Assembly: GCA_028716845.1 (NCBI GenBank)
Contig: JAQUPF010000004.1
Span: forward strand, 128,730 to 192,729
DNA length: 64,000 bases
From: a bacterium
GTDB taxonomy: Bacteria; Auribacterota; Tritonobacteria; UBA1439
Direction of reading: 5' to 3'
Shown here: piece after piece, positions 31,899 to 40,793 of the stretch
Position numbering within the stretch: the first letter of the stretch is position 1
Layout: every line of letters begins with the position of its first letter
The notes under the pieces: model-generated
What the model was told of the DNA's origin: nothing
The model's database searches: none
Seen by the model: only the letters and a program-made list of their open reading frames with translations
Made by a program: the position numbers and the translations under genes

Positions 31899-33299
31899 AT
31901 GTTCTTCAGGCAGTTCAGGGTGGAGGGGCTCGGGTGCTATTCGTACCTCGTCGGGTGTCCGCGGGCCGGGGTGGCCTGCGTGGTGGATCCGGAGCGGCAT
32001 GTCGACCGCTACCTCGATGCCGCGCGGGAGGAGGGGATGCGGATCACGCACATCTTCGATACCCATCTCCACGCCGACCACGTCACCGGGAGCCTCGAGC
32101 TCGCCCGCCGGACCGGGGCGGCGATCCACGTGCACCCGGCGGTCGAGGCCGGCTACGAGCATGTTCCCGCAAGGGGGGGCGACCGGTTCGTCCTCGGCGC
32201 GGCGGAGATCGAGGTCGTCGAGACGCCCGGCCACACGCCGAACTCCATCACCCTCGCGGTGACCGACGCCGCGCGCTCCCGGGAGCCGATGATGCTCCTC
32301 ACCGGCGACCTCCTCTTCGTCGGCGACATCGGCCGGCCGGACCTCGCCGGCGAGGACCTGCTCGAGGAGCAGGTGAAAAACCTCTATAGCAGTCTCTACC
32401 GGACGCTCTCCCGCTTCCCCGACTGGGTGGAGGTCTATCCCGCGCACGGGGAGGGGTCCCTCTGCGGGAAGGGGATGAGCGCCAAGCCGATGACCACGCT
32501 CGGCTTCGAGCGGCGCGCCAACCCGCTCCTCGCCGGCATGCCGTTCGAGAAGTTTCGGGAGATCATGACCGCGGAGTTCCAGGCACGACCCGACAATTTC
32601 GCGGTCATGGTGGAGAAGAATCGGAAGGGGCCCGCGCCGCTCGAGGAGGCCGCCGCCGTGCGGAGGCTCTCCGCCGACGAGGTGGAGGCGGCGCGGAAGG
32701 ACGGCGCCGTCCTCGTCGACCTGCGGGACGCGGAGGCGTTCGGGGCCGCGTTCATCCCCGGCTCCCTCAACATCGGCCTCCGCCCGCAATCGCCGAACTG
32801 GCTGGGGATGGTCGTCGAGGCGCGGGAGCGGATCGTCCTCATCGCCCACTCGGACGCCGACGCGGGGGCGGCGGTGGAGCAGTTCCGGCGGGTGGGCTAC
32901 GACGGCATCATCGGCTCCCTCGACGGAGGCATCTCCGACTGGGCCGCCCGGGGAAAGCCGCTCGACCACCTCCCGCAGCTCTCGGTGTTCAGCCTGGCGC
33001 ACGTGCTGGAGAAGTACCCCGACCACGTCCTCCTCGACGTGCGGACGGACGGCGAGTGGGAATCCGGCCGCATCGAGGGCGCCGTGCACACGCCGATCTC
33101 CGCGCTGCTCAAGGACGGGATCGAGGTCGACGCCTCGCGCCACGTCACGGCGATCTGCAACTCCGGCTACCGCTCGAACATCGCGGGGAGCTTCCTCAAG
33201 GCCCGCGGCTTCGCGCACGTCTTCAGCGTCATCGGCGGCATGACGGCGTGGGAGAACGCGCGGCGCGCCGGCGGTCTGGTGGATGGGCGGCCGGCGTGA
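31899..33299 (+). CDS. MBL-fold metallo-hydrolase fused to two rhodanese domains (persulfide dioxygenase/sulfurtransferase-like)
   Basis: The RBS AAGGGAGG precedes the start. The metallo-beta-lactamase motif is HxHxDH (THLHADHVTG). Two C-terminal rhodanese modules follow, the second with active-site CNSGYRS. Confidence 0.75.
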   Translation: MFFRQFRVEGLGCYSYLVGCPRAGVACVVDPERHVDRYLDAAREEGMRITHIFDTHLHADHVTGSLELARRTGAAIHVHPAVEAGYEHVPARGGDRFVLGAAEIEVVETPGHTPNSITLAVTDAARSREPMMLLTGDLLFVGDIGRPDLAGEDLLEEQVKNLYSSLYRTLSRFPDWVEVYPAHGEGSLCGKGMSAKPMTTLGFERRANPLLAGMPFEKFREIMTAEFQARPDNFAVMVEKNRKGPAPLEEAAAVRRLSADEVEAARKDGAVLVDLRDAEAFGAAFIPGSLNIGLRPQSPNWLGMVVEARERIVLIAHSDADAGAAVEQFRRVGYDGIIGSLDGGISDWAARGKPLDHLPQLSVFSLAHVLEKYPDHVLLDVRTDGEWESGRIEGAVHTPISALLKDGIEVDASRHVTAICNSGYRSNIAGSFLKARGFAHVFSVIGGMTAWENARRAGGLVDGRPA

Positions 33300-33309
33300 C
33301 GCGCCCCGC

Positions 33310-33471
33310 ACGGGAGACCGGCCTCCGGCGCCGCGCCCGCGCGGGACCCCCCGTCTTCAGCAAGAGCCCGGCCTCGCTCAACGCGGTGGGGCGGCCGGTG
33401 CGGATGCCGTCGGCGACGAGGTGACCGTCTCGGGCGGCCCGCTCGGCTCGGTAACCACTGTCATCGAGTAG
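33310..33471 (+). pseudogene. Internally deleted remnant of an FAH-family gene (paralogous to 30738..31679)
   Basis: 33310-33413 matches 30895-30998 at about 85%. It then jumps to match 31615-31679 at about 95%, including the shared ...GTCATCGAGTAGAC end. There is no start codon. Confidence 0.65.
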
Positions 33472-33712
33472 ACCCTGTACGAGGCATCTTGATCTTATTC
33501 GAATGGCGTACAGACGCGATTATGATTACGACGCATGTCTCGATCCGCGAGACTATCGCCCCGCAAGAACATAGAATTGATAGACGTTGAACGGAATTGA
33601 ATGGGTGCGAATGCGCTGCAAACCTGTTCGCCCCGCGCTGCACGCGGGGTAAATTTCATCCGATCACACTTATTTGCAGGAGGATATGTAATACGTCTTC
33701 TTATTGTAATTT
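33468..33712. repeat. PRE cluster H: left-arm remnant, then an inner motif, then central hairpin plus right arm
   Basis: TAGACCCTGTAC...CTTATTCGAATGG is followed by ...TAGACGTTGAAC... and then CTGTTCGCCCCGCGctgcaCGCGGGGTAAATTTCATCC...ATGTAATACGTCTTC. Confidence 0.5.
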
Positions 33713-33801
33713 GAGGCGGTCGGTGTGCATTACGGGTTGAGGATAATGGCATTGATCAGAGACGACCATTCCTGACAGCAGACACGGGAGATCTGATTCC
33801 G

Positions 33802-34083
33802 ATGACAGCCGAACTTGAAGCCCTCGTAAAGAAGGCGGCTGCCGCCATGATATCGGCGGGAGCCCGGGAGGTGTATCTGTTCGGGTCATCCTCGCGCGGC
33901 ATTGACGATGCTGAGTCGGATATCGACCTGGCGATCGCAGGTCTCCCCCCCGCACTCTTTTTCCGTACTATCGGCCTTGCCCGGCGCATTCTGAAGAAGC
34001 CGGTTGATCTTATCGATCTCGATGAGCCGAATCCCTTTACGGACTATCTGAAAACCAGCGGGGGGCTCATTCGTGTTGCATGA
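33802..34083 (+). CDS. MNT-type minimal nucleotidyltransferase (antitoxin of a HEPN/MNT pair)
   Basis: The Pol-beta NTase motif is GSSSRGIDDAESDIDLAI. It is 93 aa with a GGGAG RBS. Confidence 0.75.
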   Translation: MTAELEALVKKAAAAMISAGAREVYLFGSSSRGIDDAESDIDLAIAGLPPALFFRTIGLARRILKKPVDLIDLDEPNPFTDYLKTSGGLIRVA

Positions 34084-34168
34084 ATTAGGCCGGCAGGTTG
34101 ATGTGGAATGCCGCCAATTACGCCGGCTGTTGGAGACACATGCCGGTATTCTGGGCAGATGTCGCTAA

Positions 34169-34528
34169 TTCGCGCCTTCAGTTGATGAGAGGGCTGCACT
34201 CGCGGCTATTCTGCACGCTTTCTACAACGGCGTAGAGAATATTTTCAAACGAATTGCGCTGGCACTGGATCACGAGATCCCCCGCGGATTATCCTCACAT
34301 GCTGACTTGCTGGCTTCCATGACCAGCCCCAAACCCCATCGCCCCGCACTTCTCTCTGAATCGCTGTCCGAGACGCTTCAGGAATACCTTGATTTTCGTC
34401 ATGTATTCCGTCAGGCCTACAGTTTTGAATTGAGGTGGGAGAAGATGAAGCATCTTGTCCTTGGTTTGGGTGAAACATTCCAGCGCTTGGAGCAGGAATT
34501 GGGCGCCTTTTTAGGCAAGATGGAGTAA
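34169..34528 (+). pseudogene. HEPN-type NTase substrate-binding partner (HI0074/PF08780-like), N-terminally truncated or frameshifted
   Basis: The in-frame translation ...ILHAFYNGVENIFKRIALALDHEIPRGLSSHADLL...FRHVFRQAY... matches the NTase_sub_bind family. No ATG or GTG lies between the upstream TAA at 34166 and the first TTG at 34307. Confidence 0.45.
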
Positions 34529-34567
34529 TGGAGTAGAGGCTGGACGGCACCGGATTGGCTCGAACGC

Positions 34568-34615
34568 GTTGCAGACAAATTCGCCCCGCCTATTCTGCGG
34601 GGCGAATCTATTCCC
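34568..34615. repeat. PRE copy I (central hairpin only)
   Basis: GTTGCAGACAAATTCGCCCCGCctattctGCGGGGCGAATCTATTCC has a perfect 10-bp inverted repeat. It lies between convergent genes. Confidence 0.6.
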
Positions 34616-34654
34616 GGCGCGCCGATACGCCGGACAGCGGAGAGGCCGCCCGCG

Positions 34655-34861
34655 CTATTCGAGCTCGATGATCCCGCCGCACTCGGGGCACTTGAACTTC
34701 CCCTCGTCGCGGTCGATCCAGTAGACCGTGTCCTCGCCGGTCCCCACCCTGCCGCAGTGCGGGCACCGGTAGCTCCCGTCCCCCGGCATCTTGAAGATCC
34801 CGTCGTACCCGCTCGCCATCATCCCGAGCGTGTCTTCCAGGAACTCGTCCTCGCCGTACAT
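34655..34861 (-). CDS. Small zinc-ribbon protein
   Basis: The 68-aa protein has CPHCG...CPECG, two CxxC pairs. GGGAG-like RBS upstream. Confidence 0.5.
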   Translation of the reverse strand: MYGEDEFLEDTLGMMASGYDGIFKMPGDGSYRCPHCGRVGTGEDTVYWIDRDEGKFKCPECGGIIELE

Positions 34862-35072
34862 CGTCGCGATCTCCGGAACCCCTACTCCCCCACCCTCGTG
34901 CCTCGCGGAACAAGGTCACTCTATCGCTCCTGATCCGGCCGGGGCAAGCGAAATCCCGTCCGGTATGGCAGCGGAACGCCCCGCGTTTCCGCGGGGCGAA
35001 TATCCGCGCGCCATCTTCCGCCGGAGTATGCCGCGCCCAACGTCCGCGAGGGAACGCGGGCGGGTGCCCCGC

Positions 35073-36533
35073 CTACGCCTTCACCTCGCTCAAGGGGATG
35101 CCGAGCGCCTTCGCCACCCCCTTGCCGTAGGCGGGATCGGCCTTCATGCAGTGACGGGCGTGGCGGACCTTGATCTCCTTCGGCGCGTCGCCGAGTGCGC
35201 GGGCGGTGTTGCCGAAGAGCGCCTCCTGCTGCGCGGGCGTCATCAGCCGGAACAGCCTGCCGGGCTGGTCGAAATAGTCGACGTCGTCCTCGGCGTATTT
35301 CCAGCGGTCGGCGTCGCCGCTGATCTTGAGCGGCGGCTCCGCGAAGTCGGGCTGCTGCTGCCACTCGCCGTAGCTGTTCGGCTCGTAGGCGAGCGTGCCG
35401 CCGAAGTTGCCGTCCACGCGCATGGCGCCGTCCCGGTGGTAGCTGTGGGCGGGGCAGCGCGGCTTGTTGACCGGGATCAGGTGGTGGTTCACGCCGAGCC
35501 GGTAGAGCTGCGCGTCGTGGTAGGAGAAGAGGCGCCCCTGGAGCATCTTGTCCGGGGAGAACCCGATGCCGGGCACCACGCTCGCCGGGTTGAAGGCCGC
35601 CTGCTCGACCTCGGCGAAGTAGTTCTCCGGGTTACGGTTCAGCTCCATCATCCCCACCTCGATCAGCGGGTAGTCCTTGTGGAACCAGACCTTGGTCAGG
35701 TCGAACGGGTGGTACGGGCACTTCTCCGCGTCCTCCTCCGGCATCGCCTGGATGCAGAGCTGCCACTTCGGAAACGCCTTCCGCTCGATGCTCTCAAAGA
35801 GGTCGCGCCCGTGGCTCTCCCGGTCCTTCCCGACGAGGGCCTCGGCCTCTGCGTCCGTCAGGTTCTTGATGCCCTGCTGGCAGACCCAGTGGAACTTGAC
35901 CCAGTGCCGCTCGTTCGCGGCGTTGATCATACTGAAGGTGTGGCTCCCGAAGCCGTGCATGTGCCGGAAGGTGGCCGGGATGCCCCGGTCGCTCATCGTG
36001 ATCGTGACCTGGTGCAGGGCCTCGGGGAGCGAGGTCCAAAAGTCCCAGTTGTTCTTCGCGCTCCGCATGCCGGTGCGCGGATCCCGCTTCACGGCATGGT
36101 TGAGGTCCGGGAACTTGAGCGGGTCGCGCAGGAAGAAGACGGGCGTGTTGTTCCCCGCGAGGTCCCAGTTCCCTTCCTCCGTGTAGAACTTGACGGCGAA
36201 TCCGCGGATGTCGCGCTCCGCGTCCGCCGCGCCGCGCTCGCCGGCGACCGTGGAGAAGCGGACGAAGAGGTCGGTCTTCTTCCCGACCTTCGAGAAGAGC
36301 TTGGCCCTCGTGTAGCGGGTGATGTCGCGGGTGACGGTGAACGTCCCGTACGCCCCCCACCCCTTGGCGTGCATGCGCCGCTCGGGGATGACCTCCCGGT
36401 CGAAGTGGGCGAGCTTCTCCAGGTACCAGACGTCCTGCAGCAGCATCGGGCCGCGCGGCCCGGCGGTCAGCGAGTTCTGGTTGTTCGGGACCGGCGCCCC
36501 CACCTTGGTCGTCAGCTTCTTTTTATCATCCAT
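35073..36533 (-). CDS. katA: Monofunctional haem catalase
   Basis: The catalase signatures FDRERIPERVVHAKG-like ([15 protein letters not shown]), RLFSYHDAQ and proximal Tyr context are present. The start MDDKKKL has a GGAGG RBS. Confidence 0.9.
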   Translation of the reverse strand: MDDKKKLTTKVGAPVPNNQNSLTAGPRGPMLLQDVWYLEKLAHFDREVIPERRMHAKGWGAYGTFTVTRDITRYTRAKLFSKVGKKTDLFVRFSTVAGERGAADAERDIRGFAVKFYTEEGNWDLAGNNTPVFFLRDPLKFPDLNHAVKRDPRTGMRSAKNNWDFWTSLPEALHQVTITMSDRGIPATFRHMHGFGSHTFSMINAANERHWVKFHWVCQQGIKNLTDAEAEALVGKDRESHGRDLFESIERKAFPKWQLCIQAMPEEDAEKCPYHPFDLTKVWFHKDYPLIEVGMMELNRNPENYFAEVEQAAFNPASVVPGIGFSPDKMLQGRLFSYHDAQLYRLGVNHHLIPVNKPRCPAHSYHRDGAMRVDGNFGGTLAYEPNSYGEWQQQPDFAEPPLKISGDADRWKYAEDDVDYFDQPGRLFRLMTPAQQEALFGNTARALGDAPKEIKVRHARHCMKADPAYGKGVAKALGIPLSEVKA

Positions 36534-36943
36534 GGTCTCCTCCCCTGCGGGGCGCCGCCTCGGCCCGCGCCGCATCGGCGGCACCCGCGGTGCAATTGTA
36601 TGAAAGAAAGGACGGGACGGCCATGAGATTTTCCGGCCGACGCTCCGCTTTTCCGCTTGACTTTCATGATGTATCTTGTTACCTCCCAACCGGTTGCACG
36701 ATCAGGAACAGGGGATGCGGGAGTGGCGCGGGAGTGCGCGGCGGGGATCGGCGACCACCTCCTGCCCCTGATCGGGAAATGCCGCTCCGCATTCCCCGTC
36801 GCCACGTTCGTCCGGGACCGCCATGAGCGGCATCCCGGCGGGGGTGAAGATCACCCGGCGCGGCGCCCGCGCGGCGCTGGCCCGGGCCCTCATGGGGGGT
36901 ATCTCCACCTGTCACGGCCGGGCTCCGGGGGGAGGGATCGCAC

Positions 36944-37255
36944 GTGAGAAAGGCGCTGTGTGCGCTGGTTCTCCTCGCATCGATCCCTCCCTGCCGCGGG
37001 GAGGAGAATCGGACCTACCAGTTCGGGGTCTCCGGCGACGGCTTCCTGCCGCCGGCCAGGCGCGACGCCTACGGCCCGGGCCTCGACTCCGACGCCACGG
37101 GCAGGCCGTTCTACTGGGCGCCGCGGGACGAGCCCTCGACCATGATGCCGCACGCCGCCCCCGACCCGACGCTGCGGGTGAAGCCGGACGGCTACGGCCT
37201 GGGCGTCGGGAGGGATCAGTACGGCAGGCCCATGGAGCGACGGGGCTGGGATTGA
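36944..37255 (+). CDS. Small secreted hypothetical protein
   Basis: A GTG start after GGGAGG is followed by signal peptide MRKALCALVLLASIPPC. Confidence 0.4.
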   Translation: MRKALCALVLLASIPPCRGEENRTYQFGVSGDGFLPPARRDAYGPGLDSDATGRPFYWAPRDEPSTMMPHAAPDPTLRVKPDGYGLGVGRDQYGRPMERRGWD

Positions 37256-37414
37256 AGCGCCCCTCCCGGGATCAACCGTGACGGCCGTCGCGGAGGGCCC
37301 CATCCACCGGCGCGGGGACGTCCGCCCGGAATTGTTTTCCGCGGCGCCGTCCGCCGGGCCGACATGGACGCGGACACCCGGCTGAACCGGTCGACGTCGC
37401 CGGTGATGTCCACG

Positions 37415-37490
37415 GATTCGCCCGGCAGGGGCCCGGGGCGAATAAGTTTCCATCCTATTGGCAGATAAGAAGTTGGATACAACGTCTACG
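37415..37490. repeat. PRE copy J (central hairpin plus right arm)
   Basis: GATTCGCCCGGcaggggCCCGGGGCGAATAAGTTTCCATCCTATTGGCAGATAAGAAGTTGGATACAACGTCTACG. Confidence 0.75.
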
Positions 37491-37498
37491 AAAATCCT

Positions 37499-37527
37499 CT
37501 TGACATATTCGCTATTCGCGAATAGCG
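37499..37527 (+). promoter_or_regulatory. A -35 TTGACA followed by a perfect 18-bp palindrome CGCTATTCGCGAATAGCG (operator)
   Basis: It lies 8 nt after the right end of PRE copy J and immediately upstream of the AbiEi-like HTH gene. Confidence 0.55.
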
Positions 37528-37534
37528 TATCTGT

Positions 37535-38068
37535 ATGAATATGAAACCACAAGACGTCCTCGTCACACTAAAGCTATTGGCATCGGGATGGCCGGGAAGC
37601 TATGCGGCAATGGGCAAGCAGATAGGCCTGAGCGCCTCTGAAACCCATGCCGCTCTTCGCCGCGCACGTCAGGCTGGATTGATTCATCCGAAGGATAATA
37701 TCCCCAACAAATCGGCGGTGTCCGAGTTCCTTTTGCATGGCCTCAGGTATGTGTTTCCGGGCCATCGCGGCCCGAAGACACGGGGCATGCCCACAATCCA
37801 TGCGGCGCCACCGCTGGTTGCGGAGTTTCGTTTATCATCGTCTTCCGATGAGGATGTACCTGTGTGGCCTGATCCGGAAGGCGAACAGCCCGGCTATGAA
37901 TTCGAACCCTTATGCCGATCCGTGCCGCTTGCAGCCCGCAATGATGCCGGGCTCTACGAATGGTTGGTACTCGCGGATGCACTGCGCGGCGGACGCGCCC
38001 GCGAGCGGGAACTTGCCTCGGGAATCGTCCGAAAGCGTCTCCAATATGAAATCTGCAATACGCATTGA
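37535..38068 (+). CDS. HTH (winged-helix) regulator, AbiEi-like antitoxin candidate
   Basis: The N-terminal wHTH-like region is KPQDVLVTLKLLASGWPGSYAAMGKQIGLSASETHAALRRARQAGLI. It has lower GC and overlaps the downstream NTase gene by 23 bp. Confidence 0.5.
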   Translation: MNMKPQDVLVTLKLLASGWPGSYAAMGKQIGLSASETHAALRRARQAGLIHPKDNIPNKSAVSEFLLHGLRYVFPGHRGPKTRGMPTIHAAPPLVAEFRLSSSSDEDVPVWPDPEGEQPGYEFEPLCRSVPLAARNDAGLYEWLVLADALRGGRARERELASGIVRKRLQYEICNTH

Positions 38069-38756
38069 TGACATCGCAACTGTGGCATTGCGACTGGAAC
38101 CGCTTCGGGAGAAGTGCGTATTCACGGGCGGAGCCATAATAGGCCTCCTCATGGATGACCCGGCCTTGGTCAGCATTCGCCCTACAAAAGATGTGGATGT
38201 CATCGTCGAGGTCCGGACGCGCATTCACTATGCTGATCTTGAGGGACGACTGCGCGGGCTCGGTTTCAAACATGCTATGTCCGAGGGGGCACCTAAATGT
38301 CGCTGGATCATTGACAACATCCGCGTGGATATTATGCCGGTGACCGATCAGACCGGCGAGCTCAGCGATACATGGTTCGAGCTTGCTCTCCGAACGGCGA
38401 CGAAAGCACGTGCCGGCAAAGCTGAAATATGGATGGTGACCGCACCGTGTCTCGTTGCGACGAAACTAGAGACCTTCATAGATCGCGGCAAGGGGGACTT
38501 CATGGCCAGTCACGATATCGAGGATCTCCTAGCCGTCATAGATGGTCGTGAAGCGTTGGTCGAGGAAATCGCCGCCTCATCAGCCGATCTTAGGCATTTC
38601 ATCGCGGACAAAATAGCCGAGCTTCTGGGGAATATGAGGTTCCTTGATAGTCTGCCGGGCCATCTGCCACCCGATGATGCAAGTCAGCGGCGATTGCCCA
38701 TTGTCCATGAACGACTACGGGCAATCGCAGCGTTGGCGACTGGTTCCGACTCCTGA
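38046..38756 (+). CDS. Nucleotidyltransferase, AbiEii/DUF1814-like toxin candidate
   Basis: FTGGAIIGLLMDDPALVSIRPTKDVDVIVEV matches the AbiEii N-terminal GG(T/A)...R.(S/T).D.D motif. It is the second gene of an overlapping pair. Confidence 0.55.
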   Translation: MKSAIRIDDIATVALRLEPLREKCVFTGGAIIGLLMDDPALVSIRPTKDVDVIVEVRTRIHYADLEGRLRGLGFKHAMSEGAPKCRWIIDNIRVDIMPVTDQTGELSDTWFELALRTATKARAGKAEIWMVTAPCLVATKLETFIDRGKGDFMASHDIEDLLAVIDGREALVEEIAASSADLRHFIADKIAELLGNMRFLDSLPGHLPPDDASQRRLPIVHERLRAIAALATGSDS

Positions 38757-38786
38757 CTGAAGGGAGCGGGGACGGATATGAGCGGG

Positions 38787-38925
38787 CGGATGGAGAAGAC
38801 AACTGCCGCGTGGTGAGGGATTATTCAGCGAGCAACGGCCGGGGCCCTACGGCGGAATGGCACATTGCCGGCGAGCATTCCGCGTCGCCTCCGTCCATTT
38901 GTAAAGAGTAAAGGTGTGACCCCCA
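38787..38925. repeat. Roughly 135-bp dispersed repeat, copy 1 (paralog at 46135-46268)
   Basis: GGATGGAGAAgacaactGCcGcGtGGTGAGGGAtTATTCAGCGAGCAAcGGCCgGGgCCt... is about 75% identical to the second copy. Confidence 0.5.
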
Positions 38926-39011
38926 ATTATTCAGCCGGAACATAGTATCATGGTCCGACCCGGGAATAGAGAATACACCGGGAATACAAACTTCACCCGC
39001 CGCATGACCGC

Positions 39012-40316
39012 CTATATGCTGAGGGCCGGGCCGTACATCTCATCTTCCACGTAGCGGAATCTCCTGGCCGAAACGACGCCCACGAGCGCCCCGCCCGCGG
39101 CCCATAGAATCAGAAACAGCACGCACCGTCCCCATTCGCCGTTGAAGCTCCCGAACATGGAGGCCCTGAGCCCCCGCACGACGTGCGTGAGCGGGAGACA
39201 GTGGGATACCACTCTGTAGGGCTCAGGCGAGAGTTCGATCGGGTAGGCGCCGCCCGCAGAGGCGATCTGTACGACGAGGAGCAGAACGCACAGCAGCTTC
39301 GCCACATCCCCGAGGAGCGAGACGAGGGGGAGGATCGTCGCGCTGTAGGCAAGCGCCGCGGCGATCAGAACGGCGACGAGGCCGGCGGGGTGAACGGAGC
39401 GGATGCCCATGCCGTACCGTATCGTGACGCTGAGGAGGAGCGCCCCCGCCAGGGAGACGCAGACAGGGATCGCCCACTTGCCGGCGACCTTCGCTGCGGC
39501 GCCCCCGCCCGCGGCGCTCCGCGGCAGCACGGTGAGGCGGAAGAGGAACGCCGGCATGAGGGCGCCGACCCAGAGCGAGAGCGCCATGAAGTAGGGGGCG
39601 AACGCCGGGCCGTTGGAGGGGACGGGCGCGAGCTCCTCGTGGCGGACCTGAACGGAGACCGCCATGTGCTCGGCGTCCGGCCTCTCGGGCCGAGGGGCCC
39701 GGGTGATCTCCCGTATGACCGAGCGGACGGCGTCGAGCCCCTTGAGGAGGTCGGAGGAGAGGACGGCATTCCAACGCTCGATCTCGATCTTCCGATTGAC
39801 GTCGGCCGCCATGTCCTCGGCGAAACGCCCGCCGATGATGCTGGCGACGTAGCTCGACCCCTGCGAGGTGATCAGCGTGAGCGCGCCGGTCTTCGCGCCG
39901 GGAACGGCGCTGCCGCTGAAATCCTCGGAGACGACGAGCGCGAAGTAGACCTCGCCCGACCTGACCGCCCCCTCGGCGGACTCGGCGCTGTCGAATCGCA
40001 CGAACCGGAACGGCCGTTTCTCCTCGAGTCCCTCGACGAGCTTCTCGCCCAGGTTGTGGTGAGCGCCCCTGTACTCGGTCCCCCTGTCGAGGTTGGCGAG
40101 CCCGACCGGGAGGCGGCTCACGTTCCCGTAGGGGTCCCACATCGCGCCGAGGTAGATGACGCAGTAGAGGGAGGGGACGAGCGCGATTGCGATCACCGCT
40201 CGCCGGAGCCTGGGGCGCATCCTCAAGAGGGCGATCTCCGCCCGGAGTACGCGAAGCGCCTGCGCCCCGACGGCGCGAGAAGCGCCATCACCCGAATTGG
40301 AACTCATGCGGCTCAT
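39012..40316 (-). CDS. YhgE/Pip-domain membrane protein (ABC-2-like permease architecture)
   Basis: It has an N-terminal TM helix, a large extracytoplasmic domain, and a C-terminal multi-TM bundle typical of YhgE/Pip. Confidence 0.55.
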   Translation of the reverse strand: MSRMSSNSGDGASRAVGAQALRVLRAEIALLRMRPRLRRAVIAIALVPSLYCVIYLGAMWDPYGNVSRLPVGLANLDRGTEYRGAHHNLGEKLVEGLEEKRPFRFVRFDSAESAEGAVRSGEVYFALVVSEDFSGSAVPGAKTGALTLITSQGSSYVASIIGGRFAEDMAADVNRKIEIERWNAVLSSDLLKGLDAVRSVIREITRAPRPERPDAEHMAVSVQVRHEELAPVPSNGPAFAPYFMALSLWVGALMPAFLFRLTVLPRSAAGGGAAAKVAGKWAIPVCVSLAGALLLSVTIRYGMGIRSVHPAGLVAVLIAAALAYSATILPLVSLLGDVAKLLCVLLLVVQIASAGGAYPIELSPEPYRVVSHCLPLTHVVRGLRASMFGSFNGEWGRCVLFLILWAAGGALVGVVSARRFRYVEDEMYGPALSI

Positions 40317-40740
40317 GATCCCGTTCGCACCCGCGATTATATCAGAAGAGGCGAGACGTTTGATTTCACACTCCGACCGTCGGCAGCTTGCTGATCGACG
40401 GGCCGGCTATCCGGCTGCCTCATGGACGTCCCGAAACAGCGGATAAGCGGAACCTGCTTCCCTGAAGGTTCAGAAACTTATGAGTCAATAGTAGAGGTCT
40501 GACCCTGATTTATTACACCTGCCGCTGCTGCACATGCAAGCCACGCTTCTCAGGTCGGGTGCAGCGTATGGTTAGATTACGCTGTTGTAGAATACTTCCT
40601 GATATAGGCTGATCTAAAATAAGCACCTAGTAAAGCACCCAAGTAAGAACTTATGCTCCAGACAAGAATACAAATAAGCATCTCAAACGAAAACTCAGGA
40701 TACCTGATTAGGATGAATATTGAATAACGGAATTATCTTG

Positions 40741-40770
40741 TTGACAAACCCACCTCCCCCAGGGTATATT
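40741..40770 (+). promoter_or_regulatory. Sigma70 promoter for the transposase (TTGACA, 18-bp spacer, TATATT)
   Basis: TTGACA is at 40741-40746 and TATATT at 40765-40770. The GGAGGTGG RBS is at 40781-40788, before the ATG at 40794. Confidence 0.6.
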
Positions 40771-40793
40771 AGTACCAGAAAATGGAGGTGGCT

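Noticed and set aside
36590-36947. Small overlapping ORFs upstream of catalase, and a possible PerR/OxyR box.
   Set aside because: There is no clear palindromic Per box (TTATAATNATTATAA-like) or OxyR tetrad. The ORFs are GC-artefacts in the catalase promoter region.
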